Assembly (NCBI GenBank): GCA_025454775.1
Contig: JALONU010000006.1
Span: 1-37,757, forward strand
DNA length: 37,757 bases
Direction: 5' to 3'
Source: Bacteroidales bacterium
Lineage (GTDB): Bacteria > Bacteroidota > Bacteroidia > Bacteroidales > VadinHA17
The translations under genes and the position numbers were made by a program. Each line of letters begins with the position of its first letter. The first letter of the stretch is position 1. Of the stretch, positions 30,733 through 37,757 are shown piece by piece. The notes under the pieces are model-generated. The model did not search any database and was not told the origin of the DNA. It worked only from the letters and a program-made list of their open reading frames with translations.

Positions 30733-31583
30733 AAAGATACCTGTTACTGTTTCAGTCACTCACTTTATCTTTATTGCTCTCAGCGCAGGCAACGATGCCG
30801 ACGAAGGAGGAGATAAAGCAGTTTATGGCATCAAGAACATGTGTTGTACTTGAAGACGACACTTTTTCAGCTTATAATCAGTATGTAAAGGATGCTGTCG
30901 GTAAGTTCTGGAAGCTTACGCCCTATGAGATCATCGACGGAAGGGAATTCAATGTCAGGCGTCTCAATCCTGCATATTCCTTTATTGTACTCACCGAAAC
31001 GAACTTTGAAAGCGATAAAACGAATTCTGTCTTCAACTTCATCAATCTTCTCCAGGGCAAGGATGTTGAGACCCTTGCACAGATGCCTGAGATATGCGCT
31101 GTTCCACTTTCATATGCCGGCGAAGATGACTTTGTGTACAGCTATAAGCTCGGAGCCCTGCTTGAATTCATGCAAAAGCACGCTCTCCTGCTTCAGGAAG
31201 ATCCGTTACGCACTGGCAGGGATTACCTGAAATACTACAATGAGAATATCCCCGATATAACAAACAAGACTATCCTTGTAAGGCAGGAAGACCTTGTGCC
31301 TTCCATCGGAACAATTGAGAGGATAAAGGCACTATGCCCCTACAGGTTCGTCATAGCGTCGGAGGATGAAATTATGAACGCCATCTTTTCGAAGGCTGCA
31401 GATACGGTATTCCTTCATAAGGTAGGTCCTGTGGGAGAAAGGAGAGGTGAGGGCTATTGCTTTAAAATGTTCCTTGGTACCGATGATGCCAAAATATATT
31501 ATTACGACCTTCATTCAATCAGTAAATCAAATCCTAACGGACTGCTGCCCTCCGATCTTAAGCGCCTCGCGAGGAAATGGTGA
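30729..31583 (+). CDS. Hypothetical exported protein
   Basis: MKRYLLLF...LSAQ signal peptide with Gln at +1, typical of Bacteroidota; 284 aa. Confidence 0.8.
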   Translation: MKRYLLLFQSLTLSLLLSAQATMPTKEEIKQFMASRTCVVLEDDTFSAYNQYVKDAVGKFWKLTPYEIIDGREFNVRRLNPAYSFIVLTETNFESDKTNSVFNFINLLQGKDVETLAQMPEICAVPLSYAGEDDFVYSYKLGALLEFMQKHALLLQEDPLRTGRDYLKYYNENIPDITNKTILVRQEDLVPSIGTIERIKALCPYRFVIASEDEIMNAIFSKAADTVFLHKVGPVGERRGEGYCFKMFLGTDDAKIYYYDLHSISKSNPNGLLPSDLKRLARKW

Positions 31584-31630
31584 TGCATCACTGGCAAAAG
31601 AATAACGTCTTTTGAATAAACAGGATAATT

Positions 31631-32011
31631 ATGGAAGAAAAGAGAGAAGGATTCAGCGGTGAGCCAAGGCTGCTCCCGGAATCTGAAAGGAACTGGGCTA
31701 TGTTCTGTCACCTCTCGGCTTTTGCCGGATTTTTCTTTCCCTTCGGGGCCATTATAGGACCTTTGGTCTGCTGGCTATCCAAAAAGGACGAATCGCAATG
31801 GGTCGATAAAAACGGGAAAGCCGCAATGAACTTCAACTTATCCATATTGCTTTATTCCGTGCTGGTCATCCCCCTGTGCTTCATCCTGGTGGGTTTCATG
31901 ATTATTGGATTACTATGGGTGTTAAAGGTGATCTGCATAATTATTGCCAGCGTAAAGGCTGCAAAGGGAGAAATGTTCAAATATCCCCTTTCCATACCTT
32001 TCATACAATAG
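31631..32011 (+). CDS. DUF4870-like membrane protein
   Basis: WAMFCHLS, GPLVCWL.KKD, GKAAMNF, A..GE.FKYP pattern. Confidence 0.85.
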   Translation: MEEKREGFSGEPRLLPESERNWAMFCHLSAFAGFFFPFGAIIGPLVCWLSKKDESQWVDKNGKAAMNFNLSILLYSVLVIPLCFILVGFMIIGLLWVLKVICIIIASVKAAKGEMFKYPLSIPFIQ

Positions 32012-32032
32012 CTGTTAATCCAGAAATTTTAC

Positions 32033-32063
32033 GTCCCGGATATCATAATATCCGGGATTTTTT
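32033..32063 (+). terminator. Intrinsic terminator
   Basis: GTCCCGGATAT-CATA-ATATCCGGGAT followed by a T run. Confidence 0.75.
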
Positions 32064-32096
32064 ATTATCTTTCTTCTTCACCCTTATTTTTCTCCC

Positions 32097-32966
32097 ATGG
32101 GCTCTCACAACAAGAAAAAGAAAAAGAAAGAAACCGTTACCAGGTTCAGCAAGGAAGAACTTTATCACGATGTAAAACAGGAAAAGAAGGACACTCTCGA
32201 CCGCAAGGAGTATGAAAAACAGCTCCTGAAGCTTGAAATTGAGCTGGTCAAGCTCCAGGAATGGGTTAAAGCTCAGAAAATGAAGGTAGTGGTTATCTTC
32301 GAAGGACGCGATGCTGCGGGCAAGGGAGGTGCAATTAAAACTATCGCCGGCTGCCTGAACCCAAGGATCTGCAGGATCGTTGCCCTGGGGATCCCGACGG
32401 AAAGGGAAAAGACACAGTGGTATTTCCAGAGATACGTTACGCATCTCCCGGCTGCCGGGGAGATTGTTCTCTTCGACAGGAGCTGGTACAACAGGGCAGG
32501 GGTCGAGAAAGTGATGGGATACTGCACCAACGAGGAGTACGAAGAGTTCCTGAGGTCGTGCCCGGAGTTTGAGAAGATGCTGATTCGGTCAGGGATAACC
32601 CTCATTAAATACTGGTTCTCGGTAAGCGATCATGAACAGGAAAAGAGGTTCCAGGACCGGATAGAAGACCCTACAAAGAGATGGAAGATAAGCCCGATGG
32701 ACGTAGAATCACGCGATAAGTGGGTAGAATATTCAATGGCTAAGGATAAAATGTTCTCCTACACCGACACAAAGCAGTCGCCGTGGTATGTAGTGCGCGC
32801 CGACGACAAGCGAAGAGCCCGTCTTAACGCAATATCCCACTTCCTGTCGCTGATACCCTACAAAGACCTGACACCCAAACCCTTCAAACTCCCGCCCCTG
32901 AAGCACGACGTTGCATACGTCAGGCCTCCGGTCACGGACCAGACCTTCGTACCGGAAAAATACTGA
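32097..32966 (+). CDS. ppk2: Polyphosphate kinase 2
   Basis: FEGRDAAGKGG, WYFQRY, FDRSWYNRAGVEKVMG, DDKRRARLN. Confidence 0.97.
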   Translation: MGSHNKKKKKKETVTRFSKEELYHDVKQEKKDTLDRKEYEKQLLKLEIELVKLQEWVKAQKMKVVVIFEGRDAAGKGGAIKTIAGCLNPRICRIVALGIPTEREKTQWYFQRYVTHLPAAGEIVLFDRSWYNRAGVEKVMGYCTNEEYEEFLRSCPEFEKMLIRSGITLIKYWFSVSDHEQEKRFQDRIEDPTKRWKISPMDVESRDKWVEYSMAKDKMFSYTDTKQSPWYVVRADDKRRARLNAISHFLSLIPYKDLTPKPFKLPPLKHDVAYVRPPVTDQTFVPEKY

Positions 32967-32968
32967 AT

Positions 32969-33045
32969 AGTCGTGCACGATCCCGCAGAGCGGGACTTCG
33001 TTGCTGCGCACCTCAGCCTGCACGACCTGCATGACCTGCACGACT
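32969..33045. repeat. 9-mer tandem/inverted repeat element with an inserted REP-like hairpin
   Basis: AGTCGTGCA (32969-32977) is complementary to CCTGCACGA CCTGCATGA CCTGCACGA (33017-33043); inner TCCCGC-AGA-GCGGGA. Confidence 0.65.
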
Positions 33046-33086
33046 TAATAAAATCTTTCTTACTTTTACCGCTTATCATTTAAGAG

Positions 33087-34401
33087 ATGGCCTCAAAACC
33101 TGCCATACCAAAAGGAACCCGAGATTTCTCTCCTTCAGAGATGCAGAAGCGCGAATATATTTTCGACACCATACGGAAATTCTTCCGCCTTTATGGTTAT
33201 CAGCCGATAGAAACCCCTGCAATGGAAAACCTTTCCACATTGCTTGGGAAGTATGGGGAAGAAGGAGACAAGCTTATTTTCCGGATACTGAACTCCGGTG
33301 ATTACCTGTCTGGCATTGATGAAGCACTGCTTAATGCCGGGGATTCTCAGAAACTATCTTCCAGGATAAGCGAAAAAGGATTAAGGTACGACCTTACAGT
33401 CCCCTTTGCCAGGTACGTCGTGCAGCATCGTGATGAAATAAACTTTCCGTTCAAAAGATACCAGATCCAGCCTGTCTGGCGTGCCGACAGGCCGCAGAAA
33501 GGAAGGTACAGGGAATTCTTCCAGTGCGATGCAGACGTCATCGGCAGCAATTCACTGGATCAGCATCAGGATAAATAACAGGAAGGTCCTGGCTGGTATC
33601 GCTGAATACCTTGGAGAAGGCTCCAGGATAACAGATATTACCGTGGCCGTTGATAAGCTCGAAAAAATTGGAATTGAAGGAGTAAATGAAGAACTCAGGA
33701 CGAAGGGTGTTTCTGATGAAGCTGTAAGAAAGCTCCTTCCCGTCCTTGAACTGAAAGGCACTGCCTCCGCGAAACTAAGCCGCCTGGAAGAGCTCTTTTC
33801 AGGATCAGAAGCCGGAAAGAAAGGTGTTGAAGAGCTGAAGACTCTTATTTCCTATATTGAAACTGGACCCCTTTCGTGTGTTGCTGAACTGGACCTTACG
33901 CTTGCCAGAGGGCTTAACTACTACACAGGGGCCATCATAGAGGTAAAGGCAGCCGACGTGGCCATTGGGAGCATCTGCGGCGGTGGACGCTACGATGACC
34001 TGACAGGAATATTCGGATTGCCCGGGGTATCAGGTGTCGGGGTTTCATTCGGAGCCGACAGGATTTACGATGTCATGGAACAGCTCGGTCTTTTCGGTGA
34101 GATATCAGTATGCCCCGCTGAGATTATGATAGTTAATTTTGGCGATCCGGGGCTGGGATTTGCTATCGGTATCCTCGACCTGCTGAGGAAAAAGGGTGTC
34201 AGGGCTGAGCTTTATCCTGATCCTGTAAAGCTGAAAAAGCAGATGTCATATGCCGATACCATGAAGATACCTTATATTATAATTGCAGGAGAGGAGGAGA
34301 TGGGCAAAGGTGAGCTCACTCTTAAATCGATGTCCACCGGTGAACAGAGGAGGATCAGGGCTGAGGAACTGGAGTCACTTCTCCCTTTGGCCGGGATTTA
34401 G
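33087..34401 (+). pseudogene. hisS: Histidyl-tRNA synthetase split by an apparent frameshifting deletion (possibly an assembly error)
   Basis: N-half: [36 protein letters not shown]-half in another frame: INNRK, LARGLNYYTG, GGGRYD, FGADRI. Junction at about 33557. Confidence 0.9.
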
Positions 34402-34842
34402 CCTTTCCTCCCGTCTTTCCTGAAGCTGGTTAAGCAGCACTATTTTATACTGGTTCTCAGCCTGGTAAAACCTCAGGACCTTTCTTGGCGGAAGAACATG
34501 CTTGATCTGCTGGTGAAATTTAACTGATAATTCGGTTTCCAGCACGTTAAGCTCGATGAACTTGTCGCCCATTACAGTAAGTTCCTGGTCGCTCAGTGTT
34601 TCAACTTCCTGATTCAGCCTGCGGGTTATCTGGATTCTTTCAGCCTGGATCTTTGCTTTCTTCTCCTGTAGATCATTGTACAAAGGCCAGAATTTCTCAG
34701 CTTCAGAAGGCGTGAGCTTCAGCCTCTGTGTAAAAAAGGCTATCCTGTACGATTCCATCCTCTCCCTGGCCTGCCCCTGGGCTAAAATTGACGGTGCTGC
34801 AAGTGTTAACAGCAGCGCCATAGTAATAAATCCTCTTTTCAT
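34375..34842 (-). CDS. Exported Spy/CpxP-like helical protein associated with the ECF sigma locus
   Basis: Signal peptide MKRGFITMALLLTLAA; IAFFTQRLKLTPSEAEKFWPLYN. ATG at 34842 preferred over 34893. Confidence 0.75.
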   Translation of the reverse strand: MKRGFITMALLLTLAAPSILAQGQARERMESYRIAFFTQRLKLTPSEAEKFWPLYNDLQEKKAKIQAERIQITRRLNQEVETLSDQELTVMGDKFIELNVLETELSVKFHQQIKHVLPPRKVLRFYQAENQYKIVLLNQLQERREERLNPGQREK

Positions 34843-34852
34843 GATAATGTAT

Positions 34853-35281
34853 TTAGAGTATTTCATAAATATCGCTGAGATCAATATTTTCAAGAATAAG
34901 GTAATCTATGATTTCGTCGCTGGTCAGATCCGGAACCTTCTCAAAGGAGGCAACAGGAGCTACTCCTTCTTCAAGTGTCAAAATATCAATGTCATCAAGA
35001 TAATTTTCGGTGAATTCCTGGAGGCTTATTTCAGGGAACCCGGGAAGTTTTTTGTCAGGGATAAAAATCTTTAAAGCTCCGAAACCGATCATTGCCAGGA
35101 TGGCAACTGATGCAGCTATGGCAAGTAAAGGCCTGATTTTCCGGTATTTACCCTTATTTGCCGGCGGCCTTTCTTCTTTCATTGCTGCAGAGATGATCCT
35201 GTCATTCAGCTTCCCGAAGTAGTCGTCGGGTACTTTGAACGCATCTTTACCTGATATTTCCTTTAAATCCTTCATCTTCAC
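34853..35281 (-). CDS. Putative single-TM anti-sigma factor
   Basis: FKVPDDYF motif and AIAASVAILAM TM helix; directly downstream of the ECF sigma gene. Confidence 0.7.
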   Translation of the reverse strand: MKMKDLKEISGKDAFKVPDDYFGKLNDRIISAAMKEERPPANKGKYRKIRPLLAIAASVAILAMIGFGALKIFIPDKKLPGFPEISLQEFTENYLDDIDILTLEEGVAPVASFEKVPDLTSDEIIDYLILENIDLSDIYEIL

Positions 35282-35307
35282 TATAGATGTAACAAGTTAA
35301 TGAAAGT

Positions 35308-35847
35308 TTAACCTTCTCCGAGCATTTCTTCTATTTTCCTTACAGCATGGTGGTACGATGCCTTGAGGGCACCCTCAGAGGTCTTCAGCACCCTGCTCAT
35401 CTCTTCGTAGGGCATCTCCTCGTAGTACCTCAGGTTGAAGACGATCCGCTGCTTTTCAGGCAGCTTCAGTATGGCGTTCTGAAGCTTCACCTGGGCTTCA
35501 TCACCGTCGAACCATGTGCTGCCCTCGGCAGAATTAGCCAGGATGCTCCCTATATCCTCAAATGATACCGCCCTGTCCCTTTTTCTTTTATTTATGATTG
35601 TAAGGGCTTCGTTTGTTGCTATTGAATAAAGCCAGGTGTAAAGTGAGCTCTCGCTCCTGAATTCACTCAGCTTTCTCCATGCGTTTATGAAAGTGTTCTG
35701 CAGGGCATCGTCGGCATCCTCATGGAGTATTACCAGCCTCCTGATGTGCCAGTAAAGCTTTTTGCTGTATGCTTCTACCAGCATCCTGAAGCCCCTTTCC
35801 ACGTCGCTCCTGAAGAGCCCGATAATATCCTTTTCCTGATCAGTCAA
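35308..35847 (-). CDS. ECF RNA polymerase sigma factor
   Basis: Region 2 DADDALQNTF...FR.ES..YTWLYSIATN and region 4 LPEKQRIVF.LRYY...YEEMS...LKASYH. TTG at 35847 is the likely start; the ORF extends to 35916. Confidence 0.93.
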   Translation of the reverse strand: MTDQEKDIIGLFRSDVERGFRMLVEAYSKKLYWHIRRLVILHEDADDALQNTFINAWRKLSEFRSESSLYTWLYSIATNEALTIINKRKRDRAVSFEDIGSILANSAEGSTWFDGDEAQVKLQNAILKLPEKQRIVFNLRYYEEMPYEEMSRVLKTSEGALKASYHHAVRKIEEMLGEG

Positions 35848-35925
35848 ACCGGTTTCAATAACCTCCCATTCTTGGATGTAAGATAAGGGAAAAGGTTTAA
35901 TCCGCGTATATGACAAACTAATACT

Positions 35926-35933
35926 TAAATTTG
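35926..35933 (+). promoter_or_regulatory. Putative -7 promoter element for ychF
   Basis: TAAATTTG 25 nt upstream of the ATG. Confidence 0.45.
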
Positions 35934-35958
35934 CAGCTGTTACCTAATCTGATGTCTG

Positions 35959-37056
35959 ATGGCTCTTCAATGCGGCATAATAGGAATTACGAATGTGGGT
36001 AAAACCACGATTTTCAATTGCATCTCCAGCACAAAGGCTGAGACCAACGCTTTTGCCTTCAGTGCGACAAAATCCAATATGGGTTTGGTGAAGGTTCCTG
36101 ATAACAGATTGTATGAACTTGAAAAACATCAGGTTACAGAAAAAATTGTTCATACCACCGTGGAGATTGTGGATATCCCGGGCATGGCCAGGGGGGCAGG
36201 CAAGGGTGAAGGTGCCGGAAACAGGTTCCTCGGCGATATCCGGAACACCGATGCGCTTATTCATGTTCTCCGCTGTTTCGACAACGATGCCCTTCCCCAT
36301 ATCGACGGTTCGGTTGATCCCGTCAGGGATATTCAGAATATCGACCTGGAGCTCCAGGTTAAGGACCTTGAATCGGTGGAGAAAAAGATTGAAAGACTGC
36401 AGAAAGCTTCAAAGGCAGGCGATAAGGATGCCGTGCATGGCCTGGCCGTCCTGAAGCGTTTCCATGAACATATAGAAGGATTCAGCAATGCCCGTACCCT
36501 GGAGGTTAAAGAGGAGGAAAGGAAATACATCGACGATCTTTTCCTTCTTACCATGAAGCCTGTTCTGTATGTCTGCAATGTCGACGGAAAGTCAGCGATC
36601 ACCGGAAATGCTTATGTCGAAAAGGTGAAGGAATTCCTGAAGGATGGAAATGCCGAGATACTTGTGATTGCCGGGGCAGTTGAAGCTGAAATAGCCGAGC
36701 TGGAAAATCCCGACGACAGGCTGGCGTTCCTGAAAGATGCAGGGCTTGATGAGCCGGGTGTCGATAAGCTTGTGAGAGCTGCTTACAGGCTGCTGAACCT
36801 TCAGACCTTCTTCACAGTGGGTCCGAAGGAGATCAGGGCCTGGACGATAAAAATGGGAATGACAGCACCCCAGGCTGCAGGAGTTATTCACAGCGATCTT
36901 GAAAGGGGATTTATCAGGGCGGAAGTAATGAAATACGACGATTTTATCACCCTTGGCTCGGAACATGCCTGCAGGGAAGCTGGCAGGCTTTTAATAGAGG
37001 GCAAAAACTATGTGGTTTGCGACGGTGATATACTGCATATCCGATTCAATGTATAA
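35959..37056 (+). CDS. ychF: Redox-regulated ATPase YchF (Obg family)
   Basis: GITNVGKT, DIPG, GNRFLGDIR, VLRCF, FFTVG, APQAAGVIHSD, GFIRAE. Confidence 0.96.
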   Translation: MALQCGIIGITNVGKTTIFNCISSTKAETNAFAFSATKSNMGLVKVPDNRLYELEKHQVTEKIVHTTVEIVDIPGMARGAGKGEGAGNRFLGDIRNTDALIHVLRCFDNDALPHIDGSVDPVRDIQNIDLELQVKDLESVEKKIERLQKASKAGDKDAVHGLAVLKRFHEHIEGFSNARTLEVKEEERKYIDDLFLLTMKPVLYVCNVDGKSAITGNAYVEKVKEFLKDGNAEILVIAGAVEAEIAELENPDDRLAFLKDAGLDEPGVDKLVRAAYRLLNLQTFFTVGPKEIRAWTIKMGMTAPQAAGVIHSDLERGFIRAEVMKYDDFITLGSEHACREAGRLLIEGKNYVVCDGDILHIRFNV

Positions 37057-37757
37057 TGTTCAGGCAACGGGCAGCTATATTGTTTCTTGCAGTCCTCCTG
37101 CCGTGTTGGTCCTCGGCCCAGGATCCCGCCAGGGATGATCTCCTCAGGCATATCACCGGAACGAGGGGTCAGGCTACCGTAACTATTCCCTTACCTGCTT
37201 ACGGGGAATTGAACCTGTTATCCAGGACTGTCTCGGTTGCATCCGTAAAGGGAAAGAAAGCTGAGATAGTTATATCACCTCGTACCATTGAATGGTTCAT
37301 TTCGGGGAAATATGACTATTCCATCAGCGAAAATGATGAAGAGCTTAAAGGGCTTGTCAGTTCAAAGAACCTGAACGAAGCCATGGAGTGGAATACATAT
37401 CCGTCATACCAGCAGTATGACTCTGTATTGAAGAGCTTTGCATCCCTCTATCCGTCACTTTGCATCCTCGATACCATCGGTACGACAAACTACTCGAAAC
37501 AGGTGCTTGTTCTCAAAATCTCTGACAACCCTCTTGCCGATGAACCCGAGCCGGAAGTCTTTTATACCTCATCTATGCACGGCGACGAGACAGGAGGATT
37601 CATCCTCATGCTCAGGCTGGCAGATACCCTGCTGAAGAGTTACGGAACCTCATCCAGGATCAGGAACCTGGTCGATAACCTTGAAATATGGATCAATCCG
37701 CTGGCAAATCCAGACGGAACATACAGGACAGGTAACCTTATATCGTCACCGACACGT
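37056..37757 (+). CDS. Exported M14 zinc carboxypeptidase, 3'-truncated by window edge (missing from ORF track)
   Basis: Open frame from ATG 37056 (TAATG overlap with ychF): MFRQRAAILFLAVLLPCWSSAQ...LKISDNP...EPEPEVFYTSSMHGDE (HxxE)...WINPLANPDG. Confidence 0.9.
   Translation, partial: MFRQRAAILFLAVLLPCWSSAQDPARDDLLRHITGTRGQATVTIPLPAYGELNLLSRTVSVASVKGKKAEIVISPRTIEWFISGKYDYSISENDEELKGLVSSKNLNEAMEWNTYPSYQQYDSVLKSFASLYPSLCILDTIGTTNYSKQVLVLKISDNPLADEPEPEVFYTSSMHGDETGGFILMLRLADTLLKSYGTSSRIRNLVDNLEIWINPLANPDGTYRTGNLISSPTR

Overview
Bacteroidota-type (probably Bacteroidales) chromosomal segment, inferred from TAnnTTTG promoters, fusA followed directly by rpsJ with no tuf, and cysteine-poor S14/L36. 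It carries the 3' part of an RND efflux permease with a P-II-like partner, a divergent EF-G2 paralogue, the complete str-S10-spc-alpha ribosomal cluster (rpsL to rplQ, with secY, map, infA, rpoA) and enolase. Then follow a UbiD/MqnL-type decarboxylase, a PP2C phosphatase converging on a kinase-degenerate hybrid response regulator, two exported hypothetical proteins, a DUF4870-like protein, ppk2, a broken hisS, an ECF sigma/anti-sigma triad, ychF and a truncated M14 carboxypeptidase. The stand-out feature is an unexplained ~510-nt structured RNA candidate (about 24872-25380) between eno and the decarboxylase. It has its own consensus promoter, three C(UUCG)G and three GNRA tetraloops, nested multi-branch pairing that closes the 5' and 3' ends, and a terminator. 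By eye it does not match tmRNA, RNase P, SRP, 6S or an intron. It is flanked by a perfect 22-bp palindrome, composite REP-like elements and a period-7 tract. All RNA folding here was done by hand, and no database search was possible.
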